Shown: in pieces, positions 42,553 through 54,971 of the stretch
Numbering within the stretch: position 1 is the stretch's first letter
Layout of the letters: the number at the start of each line of letters is the position of its first letter
DNA from: an uncultured delta proteobacterium
Lineage (GTDB): Bacteria > Desulfobacterota > WTBG01 > CAIYCZ01 > CAIRTM01
DNA: 64,000 nucleotides
Reading direction: 5' to 3'
Assembly (NCBI GenBank): GCA_963804955.1
Contig: CAWDSQ010000005.1
Location: forward strand, 209,484 to 273,483
Made by a program: the position numbers and the translations under genes
The notes under the pieces: model-generated
Databases searched by the model: none
Seen by the model: only the letters and a program-made list of their open reading frames with translations
Told to the model about the DNA's origin: nothing

Positions 42553-43482
42553 ATGAAAACAGCCGCCTTGACGAATATACACGACTCGACTATTTTCCGC
42601 ACGCCCCATGTCTTTCTCGACAAACGCGGCGCGCCTGTTATCGTGCGGGCCTACGATCCGCAGTTTTTGAGCGGCCTGACCGCCATGTGTCTTGCCTTCA
42701 GCCCCCGCGCCTCCATCGACGGTGTGCCGCCCGTTGATGACAGCGAGTGCGCCGCCTGGGTGCGGCGCATCACCACCGGCACGACAAGCCTCATTGCCCT
42801 GTCTTTTGACGGGCCCGTGATCGGCTACACGGTGCTGCTGCCCATGCGCAAGCGGATATGCGAGCTGTTCATTGTGGTAGCACCTTTGTTTCAGAAAAGC
42901 GGCATCGGCACCCAGATGATGCGCTGCATCATTCAGCTCGGCTATGAGCTGGGGTTTTCAAAAATATGGCTGTCCGTGCACCGGACCAATTTTGTCGCCC
43001 TGCACCTCTATAACAAATGCGGCTTCGACTGCGTGTCCTTCACCGACAGCCCCCAGGTTGAGATGCTGCTTGATTTAAAGCGCTATCACCCGACGGCCAA
43101 TATCAGTATTGCCGATGCGATGAACCGAAACGTCATCACGGTGCCCGCCGGGCACTCCTGCCGGCAGGCCGCGGAGCTGTTTTTGAAAAATGCAGTCGAT
43201 GCGCTGCCGGTGGTGACCCCCGACAACAGGCTGGCGGGCATTATTTCGCAGACCGATCTGATCTTTAAAGCAAACCTGCACCGCCGCGTGTGCGAGGTGG
43301 CCACCATGGAGGTGGTGAGCCTGCACGAGCACTGCACGATCGATAAGGCCATTCGCCTGCTGCAGACGCGCAAGCTGCGCAGCATTCCTGTGGTGGACGC
43401 GCGCCATCGTGTGGTTGGCATCATCGGCCGGCGCGATATTCTTGCCCATTACTTCAGAACCTACCCGGGCGCGCTCGGCTGA
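42553..43482 (+). CDS. GNAT acetyltransferase fused to a CBS domain pair
   Basis: FQKSGIGT, N..A.HLY.K.GF; ALPVV..GIISQTD; SIPVVD..GIIGRRD. Confidence 0.8.
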   Translation: MKTAALTNIHDSTIFRTPHVFLDKRGAPVIVRAYDPQFLSGLTAMCLAFSPRASIDGVPPVDDSECAAWVRRITTGTTSLIALSFDGPVIGYTVLLPMRKRICELFIVVAPLFQKSGIGTQMMRCIIQLGYELGFSKIWLSVHRTNFVALHLYNKCGFDCVSFTDSPQVEMLLDLKRYHPTANISIADAMNRNVITVPAGHSCRQAAELFLKNAVDALPVVTPDNRLAGIISQTDLIFKANLHRRVCEVATMEVVSLHEHCTIDKAIRLLQTRKLRSIPVVDARHRVVGIIGRRDILAHYFRTYPGALG

Positions 43483-43606
43483 GGCAGCCGCGGGTCTCAG
43501 CTGCCGCCATGCCGCGCGCCGCCGCCTGCCGCTCCGGTCTGCCCCAGCATCCTCACGGTTATGCCGGCTTCGCGCAGAATCTTTTTGGGAGCCTGCGTCG
43601 CCGGCA

Positions 43607-44086
43607 TCAGTGCTTTGCCTCGCGGTCGCGCTCGGCAAGGCGTGTTGCGCGCCGGGCAAGGGCCTGCTGATTACGGCGCTTCTCATCCTCGGTTTCAAGA
43701 ATCAGGGGCGGAATTTCCGTGGGACGGCCGCTTTTATCAAGGGCCACAAAGGTGAGATAGGCCGATGCCGTATGCCGCACCTCGCCGCTGAGCAGATTTT
43801 CCGCCTCGATGCGCACGCCGATTTCCATGGATGTCCGGCTTGCCATATTCAGGCTTGCCCTGAGTGTGAGCAGGTCGCCGACAAAAACGGGGTAATGAAA
43901 TATCAGGCGGTCGATGGAGGCCGTGACCGAATTGCGCCGCGTATGGCGGAAAGCCGCAACACCGGCCGTGGTATCCACATGCTTCATGATAACGCCGCCA
44001 TGCACATTGCCCGCCGGATTGGCGTCTTCGGGCATCATGACGATGGAGGTAATAATCGCGCTCTCCCTGACTGTTTTTCCCTGCAT
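43607..44086 (-). CDS. Acyl-CoA thioesterase (hotdog fold, YciA-like)
   Basis: PEDANPAGNVHGG, VTASID, TSMEIGV, FVALD. Confidence 0.9.
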   Translation of the reverse strand: MQGKTVRESAIITSIVMMPEDANPAGNVHGGVIMKHVDTTAGVAAFRHTRRNSVTASIDRLIFHYPVFVGDLLTLRASLNMASRTSMEIGVRIEAENLLSGEVRHTASAYLTFVALDKSGRPTEIPPLILETEDEKRRNQQALARRATRLAERDREAKH

Positions 44087-44217
44087 GCCTGCATCCTTTC
44101 AATAAGTAGTGGCACAACGAAAACCAGGTGACTCCCGGCTTCATTGTGAGAAATGATATGGATTTCCGGTAACAATCGAGCCCCGCACAAGCGTGTACAT
44201 CTTAGCATATTCACGCA

Positions 44218-45539
44218 TCATGGCAAAAAGGTTTTGCCTGCAAGATCATAGGTGAGAGCACGGGTTATTTTTACCCGCACCATGGCGCCGGCCGGCAGCT
44301 TCTCCTGCAGCAGCACCACGCCATCGACTTCAGGGGCCTGAAACTCGGAGCGCGCCTGCACGGCATACCGGCTGTTTGCTGCGGGGCCTTCAACCAGCGC
44401 AGGCAACTCTGTTCCTTTACATGCTGCAAGCTTTTCCTTTGATATCAGCCGCTGCAAACTCATGAGGCGGTGGTGGCGCTCGCGCTTTACCGCTTCAGGC
44501 ACCTTGGCCGGAAGGCGTGCTGCAGGCGTGCCGTCTTCATCGCTGTACATGAACGCGCCCAGATGGTCAAAGCGGGCCTGAGCCGCAAATTCCATGAGCT
44601 TCTCAAAATCGTTATCCGTCTCTCCCGGAAATCCAACGATGAAGGTTGTGCGCAGGGCAATGCCTGGAACACGTCTTTGCATGGCCGCAATCAGCGCCTC
44701 GGTTTTTGCCCCGGTAATTTTCCTGCCCATGCGCCTGAGCACCGGGTCGGCGATATGCTGCAGCGGTATATCAAGATAGCGGCAGACCTTTTCCTCGCCT
44801 GCCATCACGGCCAGAACCTCGGGTTCAGGCTTGCCGGATGTCCGTAGAGCAGCCGCAGCCAGGCCATGCCGTCGATGCGGGCAAGCCGCCGCAGCAGGCC
44901 GGCAAGATCATCATATCGTGTCGTGTCCTGCGCAATAAGATTTATTTCTTTAACGCCATGGCCGGCCAGCTGCTGTGCCTCCTGCAGGATGGAGCGCTGG
45001 GACCGGGCCCGGTATGGCCCGCGGATCAGGGGTATGGTGCAGTAGGTGCAGCGATGCGAGCAGCCCTCGGCAATTTTCAGATAGGCGCTGCCTGCAGGCG
45101 TTGACACGACGCGTGGCGTCGCAGCGCCCATGAGCAGGGTTGGGCGGCGGCTGTGCAGGCGCGATGTCTGCCTGCCTGCAATGAGCTTGCGCAGGTGTGT
45201 ATCGATGCGGCCGAATTCGCCGGTGCCCAGGAACAGATCAACTTCGGGAAATTCGGCAAGGAGCTCCTCCTTGTAGCGCTGCGGCAGGCAGCCGCAGACG
45301 ACCAGGTGACGGCAGGCGCCGGTCTGCTTGCACCGGGCAAGATCAAAAATGGTGCTGATCGCCTCCCGGGTTGAGTCCTCAATGAAGGCGCAGGTGTTGA
45401 CGATGATGATATGGGCGGCATTCCGGTCTGCCGTCAGGGTGAATCCTGCACGCGCAAGCACGCCCAGCATCACTTCGCTGTCCACAAGATTCTTGGCGCA
45501 GCCAAGGCTCACCAGGCAAATCAGCTGTTTCAGCTCCAT
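44218..45539 (-). CDS. rimO: Ribosomal protein S12 methylthiotransferase; frameshift near 44815
   Basis: SLGCAKNLVDSE, NTCAFI, KIAEGCSHRCTYC, RTTFIVGFPGET, APEVDG. Confidence 0.93.
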
Positions 45540-46493
45540 GAATCCTTCTTTCTAAAATCGGGCACAAAGCTGCCGTCAAGCTCATCGTGCTGCTGCGTCC
45601 AGCCGTTTTCAAAACCAAGCTCTTCAAGCATGGCAACATGCAGCGGCATACTCCTGGGCCGGGGTCTGACCGTTCAGCTCCGGAAAATCCGCGGCATGGT
45701 AACAGGGCCGGTACTGGCACATAAGGCTGACGCTCAGAAATCGCCCGAACTGATGCCGGAGTCTTTTTAAAACAGTTTCAGTTCCTGCACGGCCGCCCGG
45801 CAGAACCAGATGCCGCACAATAAGCCCTTGGCGGGCAATGCCTGCCTCATCAAGCTCAAGATAGCCAGCCTGCCGGAACATTTCGTCAAGGGCTGCGAAA
45901 TTGACCTCATGATAGCTGCGGGCTGCTGAATACTTTTCCGCGCAGCCGTCATCGCCGTATTTTGCATCGGGCAGATAGATATCGACGATGCCATCGAGAA
46001 GCGCGAGCATAGCCGCATCTTCATACCCGTTTGAGTTGTATACCACCGGCAGCGTGAGCCCCCGGGCCGCAGCCAGGGCCAGGGCCTGCACGATCCAGGG
46101 CATGAAATGCGCGGCTGAGACAAGATTGATATTGTGGCAGCCCTGCTGCTGAAGCCCGCACAGGTGCATGGCAAGCTGCTCAACGGTCATGTCCGTTCCC
46201 AGCCCCTCATGGCTGATCTGCCAGTTCTGGCAAAAGCAGCACTTCAGGTTGCAGTGCGCAAAAAAAACAGTGCCTGAGCCGCCGGTGCCGGTGATGGCCG
46301 GCTCCTCTCCGAAATGGGCAAGGGCCCTGGCAACACGCACCGAGGACCCTGCGCCGCAGCGCCCTTTTTCGCCCTTGTGCCTGTTGACGCCGCAGTGCCA
46401 CGGGCAGAGCCTGCAGGCAGCGGCCAGCGCCATAAGAGCTTCGGCGCGCCGGTCAAGCTCGCCTGTTTCAAGAAGTATATGATAGCCGGGCAT
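45530..46493 (-). CDS. Radical SAM protein, PflX-like; frameshift near the C-terminus
   Basis: CRLCPWHCGVNR, HFGEEP..GSGTVFF..CNLKCCFCQN, YLPDAKY, VRHLVLPG. Confidence 0.85.
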
Positions 46494-46666
46494 AGTGTTG
46501 TCACGTTGTTGTCTGCACTGCCTGCATTGTATCAGCCCCTCAGGAATGCGTCAATCAGCGGCAGCATAAAAGTTGCAAAACCACCCGTGAATTCAAGCCG
46601 CTGTTTAAAATGTTCGGCAGTGCCGCAGCTTGACAGGTCCGCCGAAATAAGCCACAATTGAATCTT

Positions 46667-47062
46667 GCCGGAGCAGACAAAATGGTCGCCGGCTGCTTAA
46701 AGCAGTCCGGAGGAAAGTCCGAGCACCGCAGGGCAGGGTGGTCGCTAACGGCGACCGGGGGCGACCCCAGGGAAAGTGCAACAGAAAATATACCGCCCCG
46801 CGCTCGCGCGGGGTAAGGGTGAAATGGCGAGGTAAGAGCTCACCGCATCCCGGGTGACCGGGATGGCATTGTAAACCCCACCCGGTGCAAGACCAAATAA
46901 GAGAGCGGCGGGAGCTTCGGCTCCCCGGAAGGCGGCCCGTCTTTATGTTCTCGGGTAGGTTGCTCGAGGCGGCTGGCAACAGCCGTCCCAGCTGAATGAC
47001 CATTGCCCGCAGGCTTGTAAGGGCCTGCGGGAACAGAACTCGGCTTAGTAGTCTGCTCCGGC
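46667..47062 (+). ncRNA. rnpB: RNase P RNA, type A
   Basis: GAGGAAAGUCCGAGC, GGAAAGUGCAACAGA, GGUAAGAGC, ACAGAACUCGGCUUA; P1 gccggagcagac/gtctgctccggc; TTGACA-17-CACAAT promoter at 46630-46658. Confidence 0.97.
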
Positions 47063-47299
47063 ATTTTTTTAAAAGACTTTGTAAAAAGCTCCATCTGCTG
47101 CGCCAGTGCGAATTTGCTGCCATGTAGGGACGGTTGCGACCCGTTCTACATGACAATACTCTTATTGTGCAGCTTTTGTCTCTAGCGAGTCCGTGCGCGG
47201 GCGTAGCGATCTCGTGCTTTGGCCTTAAGCAAAATCTTAATAAATCAATTGGAGCCTAGGATAGGTGGCCTTAAAATTACGTATGGAGCCCTTAAGTAT

Positions 47300-47881
47300 A
47301 TGGAAGCGGTAGAAGAGAAATGCGGCATCAGCCGCGAGGAAGCCCTTTCGCTCATGGAGCAGTATATCCCGCAGGATAATCTGCGCTGCCACTGCCTGGC
47401 AACCGAGGCCATCATGCGGCAGCTGGCGCTCAAGCTCGGTGCTGATGCAGATGAGTGGGGCATCGCCGGGCTGCTGCATGACCTTGATTATGTTGAAACC
47501 AAGGACGATATGCAGCGCCACGGTCTTGTCACGGAAACGGTTTTGAAAGAAAAAGGCGTAAGCCCTGCAATTACCGGCGCCATCAAAAGCCACAATGCCG
47601 ACAACCTGGGCCTGCGGCGCTCGACGCAGTTCGAGCATGCGCTGGTGGCTGCCGAGTGCATCACCGGCCTTGTCGTTGCCACAGCACTTGTTTATCCCGA
47701 TAAAAAGCTTGCAAGCGTCAAGGCCTCTTCCATTGTCAAGCGCATGAAGCAGAAGGAGTTTGCCCGCAGCGTCAACCGCGACCATATTAAAGAATGCGAG
47801 CTTATCGGCCTTCCGCTTGATGAGTTTGCCCGGCTCAGCCTTGATGCCATGTGCGGCATCAGTGAGCGGCTGGGGCTGTAG
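47300..47881 (+). CDS. HDIG/HD domain metal-dependent hydrolase
   Basis: HCLATEA.M, WGIAGLLHDLD, HG, AIKSHN, FAR.VNR. Confidence 0.85.
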   Translation: MEAVEEKCGISREEALSLMEQYIPQDNLRCHCLATEAIMRQLALKLGADADEWGIAGLLHDLDYVETKDDMQRHGLVTETVLKEKGVSPAITGAIKSHNADNLGLRRSTQFEHALVAAECITGLVVATALVYPDKKLASVKASSIVKRMKQKEFARSVNRDHIKECELIGLPLDEFARLSLDAMCGISERLGL

Positions 47882-47932
47882 GCGGGGAAGATACGCGCCA
47901 TAAAGCGTTTTTTTTCATGATGCAGGTGTGGC

Positions 47933-49369
47933 ATGAAATACAGAATTGAAAAAGACACAATGGGCCCGGTGAAAGTCCCTGCTGACAGGTACTGGGGCGC
48001 TCAGACCCAGCGGGCGATTGAGCATTTCAAAATAGGGCCCCCAGACTCCATGCCCGCTGAAATAATCACGGCTTTTGCCATTGTAAAAAAGGCGTCAGCC
48101 TGCGCCAACCATAAGCTCGGCGTTCTGGACAGTAAAAAAAAGAACCTTATTGTCAAAGTATGCGATGAGCTTCTGGCGGGGCGGCTGCAAGACCACTTTC
48201 CCCTGGTGATCTGGCAAAGCGGCTCGGGCACGCAGACAAACATGAATGTCAATGAAGTCATCTCAAACCGGGCTCATGTGCTTGCCGGCGGCACCCTCGG
48301 GCAAGGCCGGCCACTTCTTCACCCCAATGATGATGTGAACAAATCACAATCGACCAATGACGCATTTCCCACGGCCATGCACATAGCGGCCTATACAATG
48401 CTTGCCGGCTCAACCATTCCCGCCATAAACCTCCTGCGTGCGACGCTCAAGAAAAAATCTCATGAAATGCGCAGGATGATAAAAACCGGCCGCACGCATT
48501 TCATGGATGCTACGCCTCTGACGCTCGGCCAGGAGTTATCCGGCTATGTTTCCCAGCTGGATCACGGGCTCAAAGCCCTGAAGAGAACACTCGGCCATCT
48601 GGCTGAGCTTGCTCTTGGCGGCACTGCCGTTGGCACTGGCCTGAACACGCCCCGGGGGTTTGATGCCGCAGCGGCGTCATATATCGCAACATTCACAGGG
48701 CTTCCGTTTAGAACTGCTGAAAACAAGTTTGAGGCGCTTGCAGCTCATGATGCCATAGTTGAAGCCCATGGCGCTTTGAAGCAGCTTGCCGTCAGCCTTA
48801 TGAAAATAGCCGGTGATATCAGAATGCTTGCCTCAGGCCCGCGCGCGGGCCTTGGTGAAATTCATATACCGGACAATGAACCCGGCTCGTCGATTATGCC
48901 CGGCAAAACAAACCCCACGCAGGCCGAAGCCCTCACCATGGTCTGCGCTCAGGTGATGGGCAATGATGTGGCAGTTACCGTGGGCGGCTGCAGCGGGCAT
49001 TTTGAGCTGAATGTTTTCAAGCCCATGATCATTGCAAATTTCCTGCAATCAGCCCGCCTGCTGGCCGATGCCTGCATCTCTTTTAATGACAACTGCGCAG
49101 CTGGTATCAGACCGAACAGGCAGCGGATTAAAATGTTTTTGGATGAATCCCTCGTGCTTGCAACAGCCCTCAATCCGCATATCGGCTATGATCGGGCGGC
49201 AGAAATAGCTCAGAAAGCCCTTGCCGAGGGCATCACCCTCAGGCAGGCAGCCATTGCTTCGGGATATGTGACGGGGAAGCAGTTTGACGCATGGGTTGAC
49301 CCTAAAAAAATGATAATGCCCTTTCGATCCACACAAACGATAGGCGGTGTTTTTAGATGCACACCGTGA
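47933..49369 (+). CDS. fumC: Fumarate hydratase class II
   Basis: [39 protein letters not shown]. Confidence 0.95.
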   Translation: MKYRIEKDTMGPVKVPADRYWGAQTQRAIEHFKIGPPDSMPAEIITAFAIVKKASACANHKLGVLDSKKKNLIVKVCDELLAGRLQDHFPLVIWQSGSGTQTNMNVNEVISNRAHVLAGGTLGQGRPLLHPNDDVNKSQSTNDAFPTAMHIAAYTMLAGSTIPAINLLRATLKKKSHEMRRMIKTGRTHFMDATPLTLGQELSGYVSQLDHGLKALKRTLGHLAELALGGTAVGTGLNTPRGFDAAAASYIATFTGLPFRTAENKFEALAAHDAIVEAHGALKQLAVSLMKIAGDIRMLASGPRAGLGEIHIPDNEPGSSIMPGKTNPTQAEALTMVCAQVMGNDVAVTVGGCSGHFELNVFKPMIIANFLQSARLLADACISFNDNCAAGIRPNRQRIKMFLDESLVLATALNPHIGYDRAAEIAQKALAEGITLRQAAIASGYVTGKQFDAWVDPKKMIMPFRSTQTIGGVFRCTP

Positions 49370-49865
49370 CATTGCGAAAAATGGTGTATTGCAGATTCAG
49401 AACAAAGGCCGGCCCCTTTTCATCACTGACCTTTGTTCAATCATCCCATTCAGGAGGTTGGTGGGTGAACCCCACCATCAATGATGAAAAAACAATCGGT
49501 GGGTTCTGCTAGCTGCACCCGCCCTGTCCTGAGAGACCCTGTCTTCCGAATAAAGGGAAAGATGGAAGCAGGCCAAAGAATCATGCGCGCAGCTCATTGA
49601 GCAGATGGGCCTTGTTGATCTGTGCAAAACCGGAAGACGTATTACCGGAAACTGCCGGATTCTACCCACCAAATGGCAAAGCTAATTTTGCAGGCCGTTT
49701 AGTCAACGGTCCCGCATTTACTGTATAAACTGGGCCTTTTGCTGTCCGGGCTCAAAAAGGGCAAGTCCATGGCTTAGTGCTTGATTTCGGCGCCGGGACC
49801 TGCTGGCGTCAAGGTTTTTGAAAGAAAAGGGCATAAAGGGGACAACGCCCTTTACCAAGCCTCGA

Positions 49866-50189
49866 TTACCGCACAAGACGCTCAAACAGGATATCCTGAA
49901 GGTTCCTTCGACCGTCAAGCACGCAGTGGATGAAAACGCCCCGGTCAAGGATCTGGTAGATAATTCTATATGATTTGCAGACTATTTCCCTGTATTCAAA
50001 AACCCCAATTCGCTCAAGTTCGCGCGGAGCATGGCCCCTGCGCGGCATTGATCCAAGCCGGAAAATAGCCGCCTCGATATGATCAAGCAGCATATCGGCT
50101 TTACCCACCGAGTCGTGAGCGGCCACATACCGGTAGATGCCCATCACATCACGCTCGGCATCAGCGATAAGATAGACCGGTGTCTTCAT
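49866..50189 (-). CDS. Type II toxin, RelE/ParE family
   Basis: AERD..I..Y.A, P.RG, YRIIY, VLDGRR. Confidence 0.85.
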   Translation of the reverse strand: MKTPVYLIADAERDVMGIYRYVAAHDSVGKADMLLDHIEAAIFRLGSMPRRGHAPRELERIGVFEYREIVCKSYRIIYQILDRGVFIHCVLDGRRNLQDILFERLVR

Positions 50190-50467
50190 CGACTAGCCTT
50201 GCGGCATGTGTGACGAATGCGTGAGAAGGACTCCTGTGCTGGGGAGAGCTGGTTTTTCTCAAGGCTGCGATTGCTCATGGCAAGCAATTTGAGAAGCGCA
50301 AGACTTTCCTGGGTCTGCTCGAACTCATGGATATCCTGCAGTATGGCTTTTGCTTCACCATTGAGGGTGATCACGACGGGCTGTTTATCGAGGGCCATTT
50401 TGTGGACAACCTCTGATGCATGGGCTTTGAAGTAACTGATCGGCTTGACAACCTGGCTGAGCTTCAT
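50186..50467 (-). CDS. Type II antitoxin, Phd/YefM family
   Basis: KPISYFKAHA..PVVITLNGEAKAIL; 4-bp overlap with the toxin gene. Confidence 0.88.
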   Translation of the reverse strand: MKLSQVVKPISYFKAHASEVVHKMALDKQPVVITLNGEAKAILQDIHEFEQTQESLALLKLLAMSNRSLEKNQLSPAQESFSRIRHTCRKASR

Positions 50468-50634
50468 GTCTTTCTCCATAAAAAATAGATCTTAATTAAG
50501 ACTATATTAAGGTCTTCATTATTTGCAAGATATTTTTTATGGAATAAACGGACAACAGTGCCCTTTACAACACACTCCTGCTAGCCCGGATTATTCACCC
50601 TGTACTGAACGTGAGGATTCAAGGTTATTTCTTT

Positions 50635-53600
50635 TCAGGTCTTTTTTTTAAACGCTTCACCTGCCTGGTGCATGAACGCCTCAAGCCTGGTCTGATCGCC
50701 TGCCTGCGGTGTGCCGTCAAAAACCATTTTCAGCACGGGCACCTGCGGCCAGTCGCGGGAAAAGGGGCCCAGAAGGGCATTGACAATGGTGCCCGGCATG
50801 CAGGCAAAAGGCATGAGGTTTACGATGCCGCTGCAGCCGTGCAGGGCATATTCAACAGCCCGGCCCAGGCTGAGATTGGCCTCGCCGCGCACATGATCGC
50901 TTAAGTATGGCGCGCTGCAGGCCATAATGGAGGGGGTGCCGGCTTCACGCGGGAAATGCCGTATGGACTTTGTAAAAGTTTTGCCGATACGGCGCGCGAA
51001 ATGGTTCTGCACTCTGTGGGTCAGCCACTCGCGGCCGTACTGCGCAAGGGTTCCTTCGCGCCGCAAATCGCGCCGCCGCTCCCAGTCCGTGTACTCAACC
51101 CACTCCTGCATGCCCGGAATGACGGCCTCGCCGCCTAGGGCTTCGATGCGCCGAATAATACATTCATTGCTGAACTGATTTGACCGCACATAGATTTCAC
51201 CGATGATGCCTATAAGGGGCCGGGGCTGCCGATCAACGGCAATAGCGGCAAAGCCTGCGGCTGCATGCTGCGCGCAGTCGCCCAGCGTGCCGCTGCGCTC
51301 AAGTGAGGCGGTGAGCCGCTGCAGGCAGTCGCTGTAGAGGCTGTCGCTGTCGCCGCGGCTGCGCTCATAGGGCCGGGTCTGCAGCAGCAGCTTTTTGAAA
51401 TAATCGATGAGTATGAGCGACTGCCAGGCAAGGGCGCGAAAGCCCGCACCCAGCCCCTGCAGATGCTGCTCAAGGCCCGTGGTCTGGTCAAGCAGCACGA
51501 TGGGCACATCATGGAGCCCCAGATCGTCCAGCACCATGCGGTGGTGGCGGCTGTACTGGCCGAAGCGGCAGGGCCCCATGGCCGTGGGCATAAAAAAGCT
51601 TGAGCGCTCCGGCACGAAATCAGGGGCAAGCGTTTTTTTGACGATATCGCCGGTTGTCAGAATGCAGGGATAGCACTCCTTGCCGCTGGTATAGCGGCGG
51701 CCGAGCTCGACGGATCGTTCATCAGCCATGGGCAGTGCTTCGGCTGCTACGCCGCAGTGGCGCATGGCAGCGGCCAGGGCAAAGCCGTGGTCGTCCATAT
51801 AGGGAACATACACCGTGCGGTGATTGCCGGAAAATGCGGGCCTGCGGGCAGCAGCTGAAGGGCTTGCGCTGCGCTGCCGGTGTGAGGCAAGGCTGTCGAG
51901 AAATGCCTCCAGGCGCGTAATAACGCCGGCATCGGCGCTGTGCTCATCGATCTCGAGGGCAAGCCAGGGCTTGCCCTGCATCTCGCGGCTGAAATATTTC
52001 ATGATGAATGAATCCGGGCCGCAGCCGAAATTGGTCAGATAAACGGCATGCAGCCGCGGATGCTGCCGATGGTGCGGGCAGCGGCCAGAATGCGCTGGCC
52101 ATTGCGCCAGTACATTTTTTTCATGGGCTCGCCGAAGGCTTCGGGCATGGGCAGAAAATCAAGGGGCAGGGCAAGGGCTCCAAGATCGCGCAGCTTATCG
52201 GGTATGCGGAAGTTTAGGCCCTGGTCACAGCCATTGTAAGGCCTGCTGACAAGCACCAGCACAGGGGTGTCAGGCGGCAGGCTTTCCAGCACCTGCCGGC
52301 CCCGGGCAGTGAGGCGTTTGCGCAGTGATTGCAATTCGCGGTTTGCTGCCGCAGCAGCCCTGCTCACGCAAGCGCCGCTGCGGCCAAGCTCGCGTCCCAG
52401 CGCCTTCAGCTCGGGCATGAGAACTTTTGAACCCCATTCAAAATGCAGCACAGGCCTGAGCACCTTTACCGAATGATTCTTGAACTGCAGGGTTGCGTCG
52501 GCAAGCCAGGGCAGGCTTTGGATATACAGGCAGTTGTAGGAAGCTGTCGGCGTCTTTGCTTGCATGGTCCATATTCACCATGCAGGGCAGAAAGAGATAG
52601 TCAACGCCCTTTTCAAGAAGGGCTGCCACATGGCCCTGAGCGACCTTAATCGGGAAGCAGGTCTCCTCGGCAACAAGCTCGCAGCCCTGGTTGATGATGG
52701 CGCGGTTGGTGACCGGCGACAGCACGAGACGAAAACCCAGCTCGGCAAAAAACGCCTGCCAGTAGGGGTACATGTCATAAAAAATAGTAGCGCGCGGCAT
52801 GCCGACGGTGGGCGCATCATCGGGCAGCGGCCGCGAAGGCGTATACGGCGCGCAGAGCATTTTTTCGCGCTCGGCAAACAGGCGGGGCAGGTGGCCGCCG
52901 AGGCATGTCTTCTGTTCCTCATCGAATTTGCCGCAGCGGCTGCCATAATGCAGCGGCGCCTCGCCTTCAATGGATACGCGCCGTATCTCGCAGGCATTGG
53001 CGCAGTCGTGGCATTCAAAGGAGCTTACCTCATAGGCCCGGTGCGCCAGATCAAAGCCCCTGAAGCGCGACGGCCCCTGCGGCAATCCTTCCCGGGCAAT
53101 GAGCGCAGAGCCCAGAGCCCCGAGCACGTCATGGTGCGGGGGCACGGTAATCGGCTTGCCGCAGATTTTTTCAAATGCCGCCTTTACTCCGCGATTATAG
53201 GCAGTGCCGCCCTGAAAAAAAATAACATCTCCCACGGGCCGGTCCTCGACCACGCGGTTCAGATAGTTGAGGGCAATCGAATAGCTCAGGCCCGCTACGA
53301 GGTCTTCCCGCTCTGCGCCCTGCTGCTGCTGGCAGGTGAGGCTCGACTCCATGAAAACCGTGCAGCGCTCGCCAAGGCAGGCAGGCGAGCGCGAGGCAAG
53401 GGCGAGCCTGCCGAACTCGTCCTTTATGGCAACGCCCAGTTTTTCAGCCTGCTCTTCAAGAAATGACCCTGTGCCGGCTGCGCAGACTTTGTTCATGGTG
53501 AAGTCAACGACAGCGCCATCGCGCAGGCTTATGTATTTCGAGTCCTGCCCGCCGATCTCGAATATCGTGTCGACATCAGGGTTGATGCTGGCTGCGCCCC

Positions 53601-54796
53601 GGGCATGGGCGGTTATTTCATTTTTCACAAAGTCGGCGCCGATGAAATCACCGATAAGATAGCGGCCCGAGCCGGTCGTTGTGGCGCCGCGGATCACGAC
53701 CGTATCGCCGATCTCAAGCCCTATTTCATCAAGGCCCTGGCGCACCGCCTCAATAGGCCTTCCGGCTGTCATGAGATAGCGCCGGGCAAGCACGCGGGCC
53801 GCCCGGTCGATGACAACAAGATTTGTGCTGATGGAACCTACATCAATGCCCAGCCAGGCATCAACCGGGCAGGAGCCCTCAATCGGCTGCGCCTCAGTGA
53901 AAATCGGGTACCGGTCATCAACAAGGGGGCTGTGGCTGCGGGCCTCGAAAATACGGTGCCGCAGATATTTTTTTAAGGGCGCTATCCCTGCAAAAGGCGA
54001 TGGCTTGCCCCGTTCAAGCAGGCACTGCACAGCTCCGATGGCGCCCATAAAGGCAAAATAGCCCGGTATGACAAGCTCTCCAGGCCCCAGCTTCAGCACC
54101 TCTTCAAAGGCCCGCACCATGCCCGCATTGGCAGCGACGCCGCCCTGGAAAGCGATAGGCCGCACAAGCTCAATATTTTTTATCACCGTGCTTTTGAAAT
54201 TGCGGGCAAGGGCAAGACACAGGCCCATGACGATATCAGAATCAGGGGTTGCCGCCTGCTGCAGGTGTATCATGTCGGATTTGGCAAATACGCTGCAGCG
54301 GCCTGCAATGCGCGGCGGATGCTGCGAGGCAAGGGCCAGCCTGCCGAACTCATCCTCAATGCTGATGCCGAGGCGCGCTGCCTGCTGATCCAGAAATGAC
54401 CCCGTTCCTGCAGCGCAGACCGTATTCATGGCCATGTCCTTGAGGCGCGAGCTGCCGCCGTCGGCTTCAAGCAGTATCAGCTTTGCATCCTCGCCGCCCA
54501 TTTCAATAACGGTTCTGATTTCCGGGTGCAGCAGCTGCCGTTGCCCTGCTCTGGGCGATGATTTCATTGACGCTGAAGCAGGAGAGTAATTCGGCTGCGA
54601 GCCCGGCGCCCGAGCCCGTAACGGCAATGCCGGCAATCGGCTGCGGCGCCCTGTCCTGCAGCTCCTCCAGTACGGCAAGGGCTGTTTCTATGGGCTGGCC
54701 ATGCATGCGGCGATACAATGTCTGCGCGATCTGCTTATCGCCCGGCATGAGTACCGCTTTGCAGCTCACCGACCCTATATCAAGACCTATATACAC
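50635..54796 (-). CDS. Multidomain acyl-CoA dehydratase activase (2 BadF/BadG/BcrA/BcrD ATPase domains plus DUF2229); several frameshifts
   Basis: GLDIGS, EMGGEDAK, CAAGTGSFL (twice), GIDVGSISTN, EIGGQDSK, CFP.K..GH, DEHSADAG..TRLEAF, PFACMP. Confidence 0.85.
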
Positions 54797-54971
54797 GGTA
54801 GACCTTCCAGTTTTTTTTGATGATTGTTTGATGAGCACCTGAGTATAGGCAAATGGCCCTGCGGAGTCAAAGACAAATAATGTCTTTGGATGCCAAAAAT
54901 ATTAAAATAGTTTATAATAAAAGCAGAGTCGTTGACAACAGAGCTTTTAACAGGCAGGGAGGTGCAATTCT

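Noticed and set aside
46605..47156. Minus-strand ORFs of 183 and 84 aa
   Set aside because: Antisense shadows of the RNase P RNA
49520..49690. Gene fragment between fumC and the TA module
   Set aside because: Short interrupted frames with no recognisable family
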